Shown one piece after another: positions 52,092 through 61,290 of a stretch of DNA of 64,000 bases. The stretch is from an uncultured Candidatus Saccharibacteria bacterium (lineage in GTDB: Bacteria > Patescibacteriota > JAUYIX01 > CAYMIK01), in the NCBI GenBank assembly GCA_964390745.1, contig CAYMIK010000002.1:26866-90865 (forward strand). The letters are read 5' to 3'. The position numbers were made by a program, and so were the translations under genes. The notes under the pieces are model-generated. The model worked only from the letters and a program-made list of their open reading frames with translations, was not told the origin of the DNA and ran no database searches. Each line of letters begins with the position of its first letter. Position 1 is the stretch's first letter.

Positions 52092-52933
52092 AAACAAAAA
52101 CCATCAATATAATTTATATCGTTGCGCTCATTGTCATTATCTCAGGCGGCGTTTTTTTGCTGTACGGTGACGTATACTTTTGGATAACCGGCAATCGCTT
52201 GGGCAATTCCAATGCTCCGCAAAATACCGAAGATCAAAAATCGCAAATTCCAACGATTGATACGAATGCACTTTCGGCCAAGATTGATGGCGACAAGACC
52301 TTGCTTCTCTTGGATGTTCGAACTTCCAAAGAGTATGAATCTGGCCACATTAAGCAGGCCGTGAGCCTTCCTCTCGACCAAATTGATAACCAGATCGGCA
52401 AGCTTGAGCTCGCGAAAAACCAAGAAATTATTACGATGTGTGACGGAAAAGGCTGCAATCGCGCCGACCAAGCTGCGGCAAAACTTATTGGCCTCGGTTT
52501 CTCCAATGTTGCGAGTTATCACGATGGCATCACCGCATGGCAACTTGCAGGAAAGCCGGTTGTTACCACGAGTCTTGATCCCAATGACTTTATAGATCTT
52601 TTTAAGGATTTCAAGACACAAGAAATCTCCCCACAAGATACCTACCGAAAGATTGCCAAGGGAAATGTCATTATTATCGACGTTCAAACCCAAGGTGACT
52701 ATCAAAAAGAGCATCTTTCGGGTTCCGTGTACGTGGATCTCTTTACCGTCGCTGCAAAGGCGACATCGGGAGTTTTCCCCAAGAACAAAACCATCATCTT
52801 CTACTCAGAAGATGGCACACGAAGCAAGATCGCAACCGGCTCATTCCTTGAGCACGGATACAAAGATGTTTTCAGCATGACAGGCGGTATAAACGCCTGG
52901 AAGGGTATCGGAAACGCCTCGACGAACCAATAA
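52088..52933 (+). CDS. Membrane-anchored tandem rhodanese-domain protein
   Basis: N-terminal TM; LDVR...EY..GHI with CDGKGCNRA active loop; second domain lacks the catalytic Cys (YSEDGTRS). Confidence 0.85.
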   Translation: MKTKTINIIYIVALIVIISGGVFLLYGDVYFWITGNRLGNSNAPQNTEDQKSQIPTIDTNALSAKIDGDKTLLLLDVRTSKEYESGHIKQAVSLPLDQIDNQIGKLELAKNQEIITMCDGKGCNRADQAAAKLIGLGFSNVASYHDGITAWQLAGKPVVTTSLDPNDFIDLFKDFKTQEISPQDTYRKIAKGNVIIIDVQTQGDYQKEHLSGSVYVDLFTVAAKATSGVFPKNKTIIFYSEDGTRSKIATGSFLEHGYKDVFSMTGGINAWKGIGNASTNQ

Positions 52934-52962
52934 AAAAACTCCGCCAAGATGGCGGAGTTTTT
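52934..52962. terminator. Bidirectional intrinsic terminator
   Basis: AAAAACTCCGCC-AAGAT-GGCGGAGTTTTT. Confidence 0.85.
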
Positions 52963-52975
52963 GGCTTAACCGTGC

Positions 52976-53146
52976 TTAAGCAGCAGGCTTTGCAGCACCA
53001 ATCTTGAACATCTTTGTTCCACAAACTGGGCAAACACCCTGAACTGCTGGCTTACCGTTCTTCATCTTAATTTCCTGAGGGTCTTTCATGTCGCGCTTAG
53101 ATTTGCACTTAACGCAGTACGCGGTAACTTTTACATCATCTGCCAT
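52976..53146 (-). CDS. Small CxxC...CxxC protein, DUF5679-like (missing from the ORF track)
   Basis: MADDVKVTAYCVKCKSKRDMKDPQEIKMKNGKPAVQGVCPVCGTKMFKIGAAKPAA (56 aa); AAGGA RBS. Confidence 0.85.
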   Translation of the reverse strand: MADDVKVTAYCVKCKSKRDMKDPQEIKMKNGKPAVQGVCPVCGTKMFKIGAAKPAA

Positions 53147-53207
53147 GTGGGTCCTTGAAATTAATTGAAATTTGCCTTATATATAGCACAAACCAAGGAA
53201 TTACGCA

Positions 53208-53669
53208 ATGTTTCGAATAATTTTAGATACGAATGTTTTACTCGATGCCGAGCGCGGATCTTTTAGCTATCCGGCAAGAATTATGCAAGAAGTGATCGAC
53301 GGAAACATCTCAGCGTTCGCCTCACATCGCACCAAGCGTGAGCACGACCTGATACGCAATCGAATCATTCGCGATCCCGAGGTTCATCAACTTATTGATG
53401 AGTACCTGGACCACGTAACCTTTGTTCGGCCAACGCAAAGAATTTCAGTTGTGTCTTCTGATCACGAAGACGACAAGTTTATTGAGGCAGCCTACGAGGC
53501 CCAGTGTGACTACATTGTGACGAGCGATCGCGATTTGCTCAATTTAAAGCAGTACGAGGAAATTGAGATTGTTACTCCGGGAGACTTTTGGAAAATCTAC
53601 GAAGATGACCGAGATCCCGAAGGAACGGGTCAGTGGCAAAATTGGATTACGGGATTTTTTCAGTCGTAA
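53208..53669 (+). CDS. PIN-domain protein (PIN_3-like putative toxin)
   Basis: IILDTNVL, D.EDDKFIEAA, YIVTSDRDLL motifs. Confidence 0.85.
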   Translation: MFRIILDTNVLLDAERGSFSYPARIMQEVIDGNISAFASHRTKREHDLIRNRIIRDPEVHQLIDEYLDHVTFVRPTQRISVVSSDHEDDKFIEAAYEAQCDYIVTSDRDLLNLKQYEEIEIVTPGDFWKIYEDDRDPEGTGQWQNWITGFFQS

Positions 53670-54291
53670 CGTTTTGGATTTGCCGCTTCGCGAGCACCGC
53701 ATAGCGTTGCAATGTTGTTCCGGGTGGCCAACAGGTTATGAGAGTGAGATACTCTCCATTTTTGTTTTGATCAAGCACGGAGAGGTCATTTGGTGATATC
53801 GTCCGCGTGTCCTCGACTTCGTATCTCAGGAGCTCGCCGCTTACCCAAATAAATAGTGGGTCGCCCTTTGCAAGCCTATCAAGTAACGAGAAAACCGTTT
53901 TGTAGTTCCCTTTTTTCCAGAAGAAGTCATCTGAGTGTCCAAAAATCACCATATTCCCCTGTTCTCTCGGGTTCGCAGATCCAAACAGGTGTACGACCCC
54001 GTCTTGAAGCTGCCTGCTCATCAGAAAGATGTTTTTCGTGTCTCCTTCCTGGATGGGCGCGACCGTATAAGTCTTGGGAATGCACAGTTCGAACTCGCTG
54101 GTTTTTGGGCACATCTTTGGTACTTCGTCCGCTTGTTTCTGCGGCTGTGAGGCTGGATTCCTGGCAGTAATCTGAAAGTGGGCTTCTTGTGCAGCAAGAG
54201 GTGCAAACAAAAAGAGCGCGAAGATACCCACGACGCCTAAAAAGATGAGAAAAAATGTTTTAAGAAAATAAAAGAGTCGGGCATGATTCAT
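53647..54291 (-). CDS. Sortase
   Basis: N-terminal TM; GNMVIFGHS, LTLITCWP and downstream Arg (QRYAV). Confidence 0.9.
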   Translation of the reverse strand: MNHARLFYFLKTFFLIFLGVVGIFALFLFAPLAAQEAHFQITARNPASQPQKQADEVPKMCPKTSEFELCIPKTYTVAPIQEGDTKNIFLMSRQLQDGVVHLFGSANPREQGNMVIFGHSDDFFWKKGNYKTVFSLLDRLAKGDPLFIWVSGELLRYEVEDTRTISPNDLSVLDQNKNGEYLTLITCWPPGTTLQRYAVLAKRQIQNVTTEKIP

Positions 54292-54314
54292 GCCCTTACG
54301 TTACACAATGATCA

Positions 54315-54926
54315 TTAACTTTTCTTTAAGGCCTCGGCGCAGTTCGTGAAAAGAATGTCTACCAGCTTTCGTACCTTTTCTTTCTCGTATCCGCTTGCCT
54401 GCACCAAGCAGCCGTGCGAAGCAATTTGTGCCTTTACTCGGCCATCGGCTTCGGTTCGTACTTCGTCGTAATCATCAGGAAGTGTGCCTTTGGCAAAGAG
54501 TTCATCGATTTTGGACGACGAAACGGTCTCGGTTACACCCGATGCGCGTATACTCACACCCACAATATTCAGGTTGGTAACTCCTTTGTCGCTATCACTT
54601 GAAAGACCAACTTCAAAATATTCTGTGGGCGGCTTAAACCGAATGACGCCGCTTGGGTCTTGTGCTGGGTATAGGCGCTTGTGCAGATCGAAGCCTGCTG
54701 CCTTGATCCAATCTTCCTTCACAAGGAAGTGGTAGTCTCGATATTCGGCCAATATCTCGCTGTCAGACTGCAAACTTGTTACTTTCACGCCCAGCGCAGC
54801 AGGCTTTGGTGGCTTGCCAGCGCGTGTATCCAAGAGAAGCCAGATGGCCAAGAGAAGCCCAAGCGAGACCAAACCAATGCCGATACCAACCAGTGTCCGA
54901 TTTTTTTGCGAAAGGAGTTTATTCAT
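54315..54926 (-). CDS. Hypothetical membrane-anchored protein
   Basis: N-terminal TM; lies between the sortase and the TSP3-like gene. Confidence 0.75.
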   Translation of the reverse strand: MNKLLSQKNRTLVGIGIGLVSLGLLLAIWLLLDTRAGKPPKPAALGVKVTSLQSDSEILAEYRDYHFLVKEDWIKAAGFDLHKRLYPAQDPSGVIRFKPPTEYFEVGLSSDSDKGVTNLNIVGVSIRASGVTETVSSSKIDELFAKGTLPDDYDEVRTEADGRVKAQIASHGCLVQASGYEKEKVRKLVDILFTNCAEALKKS

Positions 54927-55471
54927 TATTTCTTCAGTGGGTTATGGCCTGATTGAACTTCTTGCCCGTCGGTGTAGCCGTCATAGTCACTATCTTTTTT
55001 AGTAGGATCGGTACCGAGAACCTTTTCTCTGCCATCCGAAAGGCCGTCAGCATCGGTGTCTTTAGTAAAATCGTCGCTTGTGGAGGAAGGCGTTTGTGTG
55101 GTGTTTCCTGTGGTGCTCGTACTTCCTGCCTTGTAGCTTGACCGAGTTCCGTCTGGACGCGTCAGTGGATCATTCCCACTTTGAACTTCTTGGCCATCCG
55201 AGTATCCATCACCGTCGGTATCTGAGGCATTCATATTGGTACCAAGCTGCTGCTCAACAAGATTAACGAGCCCATCGCCATCAGAGTCTTCAATAGCGGC
55301 ATTGTGTGTATCATTCGTGCTTGTACCAAGAACTTCTGCGGGTTTTGGCGCTAAGAATGAGGCTGGAATAACACCAACTTTCTTCCCGACGCCGACAATC
55401 ACAAAAAACCCGCCGACGGCGAGAAATACAACAGTGAACCCTAAGATCAGCTTTTTGTTTTGAACGGACAT
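54926..55471 (-). CDS. Membrane-anchored protein with bacterial thrombospondin type 3-like Ca-binding repeats
   Basis: DSDGDGL, DTDGDGYSDGQEVQSG.DPL, DTDADGL and DSDYDGYTDGQEVQSG.NPL repeats. Confidence 0.8.
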   Translation of the reverse strand: MSVQNKKLILGFTVVFLAVGGFFVIVGVGKKVGVIPASFLAPKPAEVLGTSTNDTHNAAIEDSDGDGLVNLVEQQLGTNMNASDTDGDGYSDGQEVQSGNDPLTRPDGTRSSYKAGSTSTTGNTTQTPSSTSDDFTKDTDADGLSDGREKVLGTDPTKKDSDYDGYTDGQEVQSGHNPLKK

Positions 55472-55472
55472 T

Positions 55473-55922
55473 TTATGAGTATGTTACTACACGTATTGTA
55501 TCGAAATTTTTGGCTTCCTTCAACCCTTCCATTTTGAGTTCATGATATGGGCGCAACCTGAGTTCTTTCTGAAATGCCTTTGCGTGTGGAATGTATTTTG
55601 TCACTTCTGCCCAAAACTGTGCGCTGTGGTTCATGTGACGAAGATGACAAAGCTCATGCATAATGACATAGTCACGAAGTTCTTGCCGTAAAAAAATGAG
55701 CTTGGCATTGAGGTTGATGTTGTTATTTGCGGAGCAACTTCCCCATCGAGTTTTTTGGTGTTTCACAAAAATCTTTCTGACCGAAAAGTTGTATGCATTC
55801 GCAAGTTCACGAGTTCGCGCAACAAGAATCCTACGCGCCTCTTTGTGATACGCGGGAAGTTTGCTTCGTCGTTTTACTTTGCGACGCTTTCTTCTGGGGA
55901 CAAAAAAGTACCAGCTGCTCAT
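55473..55922 (-). CDS. YgjP/DUF45-like zinc metallopeptidase
   Basis: QKTRWGSCS and DYVIMHELCHL.HMNHS..FW motifs. Confidence 0.88.
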   Translation of the reverse strand: MSSWYFFVPRRKRRKVKRRSKLPAYHKEARRILVARTRELANAYNFSVRKIFVKHQKTRWGSCSANNNINLNAKLIFLRQELRDYVIMHELCHLRHMNHSAQFWAEVTKYIPHAKAFQKELRLRPYHELKMEGLKEAKNFDTIRVVTYS

Positions 55923-56671
55923 CGCGCCACCTCACCTCGAGCCTTGATAAACGCACAGTAGTCACAGTTTGGTGAGGCATTGGGAATTCTTTCATCGTTG
56001 AGACAAAATGCCACTGCCTCAAGAAGCTGCGGGATCCAATAGTCGTCACCATCGTAAGGAATAAGCGTAATGTCGAATTCTATTTTTCCGTCAAACGCCT
56101 TGCGATCTTTTTTTCCGTTGCAGTACACAAAGTATCCGCGGTCATCAACCTTGTAGCCATTTTGTCGTAGTAGCCATTGGTACACTTCCATTTGGCGGCC
56201 ATAGGCTCGCCATTTTCCATCTTCAGGGTTAATCTCTCTTTCTGTGCTGGTGGATTTGTAGTCAACAACAATAAGTTTGCCTTTTGGCGTTACCCAAATG
56301 TCGTCTACGGCTCCCGTAATAACGAGGTTGGTTGCCTTGTCATGATATCGAACACCTTTAAAATTCTCTCGCCATTCATCGAGATGTTCGTGATCAAGCG
56401 GGATGGCATCAATTTCGTATTCTTCCATCAAGGGGTGCTTGGTTCCGTTTGTACGATGAATATCGAATTCTTTTTTGAGCAAGGTGTCGACAGCGGAGTT
56501 TAAGGTAAACGGAAATCCCGGTGGTCTATCTACTCCTAGGCGTCGGTCAATATAAAAACAACGCGGACATTCAAGAAAAAGTTCCAAACGCGAACGACTC
56601 AAAGCAAAAGGCTTCTTTGCCTTTGGATTGTACAAATTTTTCTTTCGATGTGGCGTGTAATATTGCGACAT
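55919..56671 (-). CDS. Standalone PD-(D/E)XK nuclease (Cas4/AddB-like)
   Basis: LS.SR....ECPRC, GAVDD, VVDYKS, QME.Y and C-terminal CDYC motifs. Confidence 0.85.
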   Translation of the reverse strand: MSQYYTPHRKKNLYNPKAKKPFALSRSRLELFLECPRCFYIDRRLGVDRPPGFPFTLNSAVDTLLKKEFDIHRTNGTKHPLMEEYEIDAIPLDHEHLDEWRENFKGVRYHDKATNLVITGAVDDIWVTPKGKLIVVDYKSTSTEREINPEDGKWRAYGRQMEVYQWLLRQNGYKVDDRGYFVYCNGKKDRKAFDGKIEFDITLIPYDGDDYWIPQLLEAVAFCLNDERIPNASPNCDYCAFIKARGEVAR

Positions 56672-56685
56672 GGAACTTTAGTATA

Positions 56686-57945
56686 TCACTCTTCTTCCAG
56701 ATATTTTTTCCCCAGAAGTTTTGTCGGAAGATAATCCTGCTTGGCCTCTTCTGGATCTTTATAATCAGGTGTGTACTTGTAGCCTTTATGGTAGCCAAGT
56801 TCTTTCATAAGTTTTGTTGGAGCGTTTCTAATGTGCAATGGTACAGGCAGAGCTGGCTGTTCTCGAATATCTCGTTTTACTTTTTCATATGCCTGATAGA
56901 TAGCAACGGATTTCTTCGATTTTGCCATATATACAACAGCCTGCGCTAAGTTAATAGCACACTCAGGCATGCCGTTGAACTGACACGCCTGATAGGCTGC
57001 GACAGCTTGCGGAAGTGCGAGCGAATTTGCCAGGCCAATATCCTCAGAGGCAAACTCAATGACTCTTCTGGCAACATACAATGGATCTTCACCGCCTTCT
57101 AACATGCGCCCAAGCCAGTACAGTGCAGCGTTGGCGTCACCGCCGCGCATACTCTTGTGAAGGGCAGAAATAATGTTGTAGTGCTCCTCACCTTTTTTGT
57201 CGTACAAAAGATGCGTGCGCTGTAGCGATTCTTTAATTTCTTCATTGGTGATTTTAATCTTCTTGGTCTTTGTTCCCTGTTTAGAAATAACAGCCAACTC
57301 TAAGGCGTTCAAAGCACTTCTCGCATCACCATTCACCATATTCGAAAGAAAGTCGAGTGAGTCTTCAGATATTTCTATTTTGAGTGCGCCCAATCCCCTT
57401 TCCTTATCCGAGAGCGCTCGCTCTAGCAACTTTTTAATATCTTCCGCAGAAAGTTGCTCCAAAACAAACACTCTGGCCCGTGAAAGCAAAGCAGAATTTA
57501 CCTCAAAACTTGGATTCTCTGTTGTCGCGCCAATCAATATGAGTAATCCTTGCTCAACATAGGGCAACAACGTATCTTGCTGTGCTTTGTTAAAGCGGTG
57601 GATTTCATCGACAAATAAAATAGTTCGTTTATTTTCGTTTTGCAAGAATATTTTTGCTTTATGCGCAACATCCTGAATATCTTTTTTGCCAGAGTTCGTC
57701 GCAGAGATCTCCACAAAAAACGCCTTGGTTTCATTGGCGATAATCTTTGCGAGGGTTGTCTTCCCTGTTCCTGGTGGACCCCAAAAGATCATCGAAGGAA
57801 TGTTTTCTGTTTCGATAGCGTTTCGTAAAATCTTACCTTCGCCAATGATTTGCTCCTGTCCGACATATTCACCCAAATTTAATGGACGCATGCGGTCGGC
57901 AAGCGGTTTCGGCAAATGCAAGTTATCCACAATGAGTGTTTCCAT
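56686..57945 (-). CDS. rarA: Replication-associated recombination protein A
   Basis: PLADRMRP, WGPPGTGKTT, DEIHRFNK, ISALHKSMRG, ASEDIG motifs. Confidence 0.96.
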   Translation of the reverse strand: METLIVDNLHLPKPLADRMRPLNLGEYVGQEQIIGEGKILRNAIETENIPSMIFWGPPGTGKTTLAKIIANETKAFFVEISATNSGKKDIQDVAHKAKIFLQNENKRTILFVDEIHRFNKAQQDTLLPYVEQGLLILIGATTENPSFEVNSALLSRARVFVLEQLSAEDIKKLLERALSDKERGLGALKIEISEDSLDFLSNMVNGDARSALNALELAVISKQGTKTKKIKITNEEIKESLQRTHLLYDKKGEEHYNIISALHKSMRGGDANAALYWLGRMLEGGEDPLYVARRVIEFASEDIGLANSLALPQAVAAYQACQFNGMPECAINLAQAVVYMAKSKKSVAIYQAYEKVKRDIREQPALPVPLHIRNAPTKLMKELGYHKGYKYTPDYKDPEEAKQDYLPTKLLGKKYLEEE

Positions 57946-57980
57946 GTACCCATTGTACGCCTTTTGTTCGTGTCTGTCAC

Positions 57981-58742
57981 CTACTTCGACGCAATGAGCA
58001 CCTGCGTAACTCGCGTCTCTGTAATTTTTCCTTTGCGCAGCTTCCTTTCATATATCTTTCTCAACACATCCAGGGTCGCTTCGCGCTTATTTCTCGGAAC
58101 AAAATTCCATCGGCTGACAGATTGAACGTATAAAAGATAGCGCTTGAGCGAGTAGTGATCCTTGATGTTAATGGTTTTTGAAATGACCCTCTTTGCACCA
58201 GACTTTTTTAGAATATCAACAAACCGTTCACCTTGATAATATATCTTTGGTGTGGGGATTTTGAGATTCTTTGAAATATATTTTTTTAGTACCGCGGATG
58301 GCGTTCCTTGCACACGGATACCAACGATGCAAATGAGCCCATTTGGTTTGAGCACCCGAAGCATTTCTTTGACGGCATCTTTGTTTGCAAACCAATGAAA
58401 AGCCGTAAATGCTGTCACAACATCAAAAGTTTCTGGACCAAAAGGCAACCTTTCGGACTTCGCCATCTTGTAGAGAACATTCTTTGTTTTATAGCTTCTC
58501 GCTACTTCAAGCATCCTTCGATCAATGTCGGCTCCAATAACTTTTTTATTTGTCTTTTTCGCAAGGAGACGCGTTGAAATTCCCGTTCCGCAGCCCAAGT
58601 CTAATATTCGAGGGTTTTTTACCTCGATATGACGAAAAAGATAGTTGATGAGTGATTGAGGATACGACGGTCTCGCCTTATCATATGCACGAGCCAGGTT
58701 TCCAAAATTTCCGTTAAATGTTTTTGTCATTTTGTATTGCAT
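57981..58742 (-). CDS. Class I SAM-dependent methyltransferase
   Basis: Y.KARPSYP, ILDLGCGTG, AFHWF motifs. Confidence 0.88.
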   Translation of the reverse strand: MQYKMTKTFNGNFGNLARAYDKARPSYPQSLINYLFRHIEVKNPRILDLGCGTGISTRLLAKKTNKKVIGADIDRRMLEVARSYKTKNVLYKMAKSERLPFGPETFDVVTAFTAFHWFANKDAVKEMLRVLKPNGLICIVGIRVQGTPSAVLKKYISKNLKIPTPKIYYQGERFVDILKKSGAKRVISKTINIKDHYSLKRYLLYVQSVSRWNFVPRNKREATLDVLRKIYERKLRKGKITETRVTQVLIASK

Positions 58743-59139
58743 TGAGCTTCTTCTGAAGTTGATCGAGGGTATCTAAATTCCAAGCATTGATTTTTAGCTT
58801 TTTTGCTTCCATTGGAGTGAGCCATTTCATTCCTTGACCCTCATGAAGTACAAGTTTTTGTAACCCATCGTACTCTTCCATAAAACTTTTCTTGTGAACT
58901 GTTTCACTCTCCTTTTCTAAAGTAAACTCGTGGAAGAATTCTGGATCCTTAAGTTCATATTCCAACTCCTCTTTTGTTTCGCGAATAACAGCATCAATAA
59001 ACGACTCTCCTTCATCCACAGGCCCACCAAAAAATCCCCAGAAGTTTGGGAATGCCTTGTCGTCGCTGCTTCGGTGCTGAAAAAGAAATTTTCCGTCTTT
59101 CCTGTAGAGTGCTATTTGTGAAATATTTCGCTTTTTCAT
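58714..59139 (-). CDS. NUDIX hydrolase
   Basis: GG.VDEGES...AVIRETKEEL Nudix box; start reassigned to ATG 59139. Confidence 0.88.
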   Translation of the reverse strand: MKKRNISQIALYRKDGKFLFQHRSSDDKAFPNFWGFFGGPVDEGESFIDAVIRETKEELEYELKDPEFFHEFTLEKESETVHKKSFMEEYDGLQKLVLHEGQGMKWLTPMEAKKLKINAWNLDTLDQLQKKLNAIQNDKNI

Positions 59140-59146
59140 GTCAGTA

Positions 59147-60109
59147 TTATAACTCACTTATAGTTTTATCCAGAAGCTTCACAACTTCTTCTGCATCCTC
59201 TGCTTCAAAAAATGGTTCACGGAACTTCTTCGCCCCAGGGAAACCTTCCATGTACGATTTAAAATGCTTCTTCATAAAATCAAACGGCTTGATGCCGCCC
59301 AAATGTTCATCGTAGAGCAAAACATGCTCACGTAAAACTTCTAACTTTTCTTTCATGCTCACAGTTACCACATCACGGCCAGAAAAAAGCCAGGGATTTC
59401 CAAAGATCGCACGGCCGATCATAAATCCGTCGGCACCATATTTTGCGGCAAGTTCTTTGCCATGTTCCAAATCGCGAACATCGCCATTTCCCAAAATTAA
59501 CGTCTTTGACTTCATGGAATTACGAAGTTGCACGGCCTCACCAACCAATTCCCAACGGGCTGGAACTTTTGACATATCTTTTTTTGTCCGTGCATGCAAG
59601 ACGATGGCAACGGGCTCGGCTTCCAACAAAGCGCCAATCCACTCAGAAACCGTTTCCTTGTTATACCCTGCACGTGTCTTCACCGAAACTGGCAATTTGC
59701 CGGCACCTTTTTTTGTCGCAAGAATAATTTCCTGCGCCAACTTTGGTTCTCGAATGAGCCCTGATCCCGCGCACGTCTTACAAACATGGTCAATCGGACA
59801 CCCCATATTTATATCAACACCATCAAAACCTAATTTGTCTGCGAGTTTTGCCGCTGTTTCAAAATGCTTTGGTTCCGCGCCAAAAAATTGCGCGATAATC
59901 GGCCGCTCAGCTTCAGAGTAGCGCAAATCATGTATTAACCGCTTTCGCCCTTCAGGCGAAGATAAACCATCGGCCGAAGTAAATTCGGTATAAATAACAT
60001 CTGGCTTGCCATATTTTGCAATGACCGCGCGAAATGCCGAGTCGGTAACATCGTCCAGTGGGGCTAGCGCCCCAATAGGCTTATTCAGTTTTTGCCAAAA
60101 GTTCTTCAT
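59147..60109 (-). CDS. dus: tRNA-dihydrouridine synthase
   Basis: LAPL..VTD, DINMGCP, SVKTR, HART, GNGD, MIGRA motifs. Confidence 0.93.
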   Translation of the reverse strand: MKNFWQKLNKPIGALAPLDDVTDSAFRAVIAKYGKPDVIYTEFTSADGLSSPEGRKRLIHDLRYSEAERPIIAQFFGAEPKHFETAAKLADKLGFDGVDINMGCPIDHVCKTCAGSGLIREPKLAQEIILATKKGAGKLPVSVKTRAGYNKETVSEWIGALLEAEPVAIVLHARTKKDMSKVPARWELVGEAVQLRNSMKSKTLILGNGDVRDLEHGKELAAKYGADGFMIGRAIFGNPWLFSGRDVVTVSMKEKLEVLREHVLLYDEHLGGIKPFDFMKKHFKSYMEGFPGAKKFREPFFEAEDAEEVVKLLDKTISEL

Positions 60110-60131
60110 AAAGTTCGATGTATTCTAAACA

Positions 60132-60164
60132 AAAACCGCCGAACAATCAAGTCTCGACGGTTTT
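60132..60164 (-). terminator. Intrinsic terminator overlapping the dus promoter
   Basis: Minus strand AAAACCGTCGA-loop-TCGGCGGTTTTT; also contains TTGATT-17 nt-TAGAAT. Confidence 0.6.
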
Positions 60165-60176
60165 GAGGAACAAACG

Positions 60177-61118
60177 TTACTGTGCCTTGTGCCCAGTCAA
60201 ATTGAGAAGATCGAGCGCTTTGTTGATCTGAGCCATGACCAAAGAGTCACTTTCGTAGCCAGATGCAACATAATTATCGATAAGTACTGATCCGTCCGTA
60301 GATGCCAGAATTTGTTTCTCTATGTTATCTATCGTAGACGATGTAAGTCCCATTCGGAATGAGTACGAAAGCCCCGTTGCGTCATTATAAAGCATCGCAA
60401 CAAACACCGGACCCAGACCCACCTCTTGCGATATGTTAGAGACCGTCCAGTATCCTCGCCAAGAGTTATCGAAGTTCTTCAGGTAGTTCACTTTCTTTAT
60501 GGTTACAGCGGCATTTTCTTTTGGAACAACGCCACCTGCTAGAATAATTGCATTCGTATCAACTTTTTGGTTGGCGTATGTCAACTTCAATGCGTCTATC
60601 GTTGCCTTGTTGTTGAGATTTGGGTCATTGGCCAAGCTCTTCGTGCTGCCAATAAATCCAGATACCCAATCATTTCCCGTCAGAGCGTTGAACTTTATGG
60701 TTGCACCATCATATGTTGTTGCAATTGGAGAATCAGCATTATACGCTTCCGTGGTATTTTCGATGGTGGCAGTATTCCAATCTTTTTGGAAGTAGAGAGA
60801 AACGCCTTTAACGGTTTGTGTGGTCACCGTACTTGGTACTGTTGGAGTTGTAACCGTGTTCGTTGTATTTGTGGTATTTGAAGTTGTATTGCTCGTATTT
60901 GCAACCGAGTTTACCGTATTGAGGGTATTGAGTTTCACCGTTGCATCTTCTTCGTCCTGACGATTGCTCAAGAAAAACCAGGCAATGCCGAGCGCAATGA
61001 GCGCAACAGCTAGAACGACAATCAAAACAATAAGAAGCTTACTCTTTTTTGGCGACCCATTCATTTGACCGGCTTGGTCAACTTGAGTGCTTTGGAGATT
61101 TGATGAATCTTGTACCAT
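60177..61118 (-). CDS. Hypothetical membrane-anchored protein with an N/T-rich linker
   Basis: TM helix followed by the NTSNTTSNTTNTTNT linker; start reassigned to ATG 61118 (upstream TGCTATACT -10 box). Confidence 0.75.
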   Translation of the reverse strand: MVQDSSNLQSTQVDQAGQMNGSPKKSKLLIVLIVVLAVALIALGIAWFFLSNRQDEEDATVKLNTLNTVNSVANTSNTTSNTTNTTNTVTTPTVPSTVTTQTVKGVSLYFQKDWNTATIENTTEAYNADSPIATTYDGATIKFNALTGNDWVSGFIGSTKSLANDPNLNNKATIDALKLTYANQKVDTNAIILAGGVVPKENAAVTIKKVNYLKNFDNSWRGYWTVSNISQEVGLGPVFVAMLYNDATGLSYSFRMGLTSSTIDNIEKQILASTDGSVLIDNYVASGYESDSLVMAQINKALDLLNLTGHKAQ

Positions 61119-61175
61119 TTGTTTCTTTATTTTAGACAGGAAAAGTATAGCACAAAATACGATTTTGGGAACTTT

Positions 61176-61290
61176 AAAAGGGGCACTCCGAAGAGAAGCC
61201 CCTTTCACGATCCCAGATTCGGGACCGCACTGCTGTCGCGGTTGCGACTACCACCCCCTTCAACAGTCTTCAAAACCGCTCTATGTAGCG
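61176..61290 (-). ncRNA. Candidate small structured RNA ending in an intrinsic terminator
   Basis: Consecutive hairpins, a CUUCGG-capped terminator with U-tract, and a TAAGAT -10 box at 61294-61299; no CDS feeds this terminator. Confidence 0.45.

Noticed and set aside
55919-56671. CRISPR-Cas system suggested by the Cas4-like gene
   Set aside because: No repeat-spacer array or other cas gene was seen in the window.
57923-57931. DnaA box TTATCCACA (another lies within bcp)
   Set aside because: Isolated copies inside coding sequence, with no cluster or AT-rich unwinding element; not an origin.
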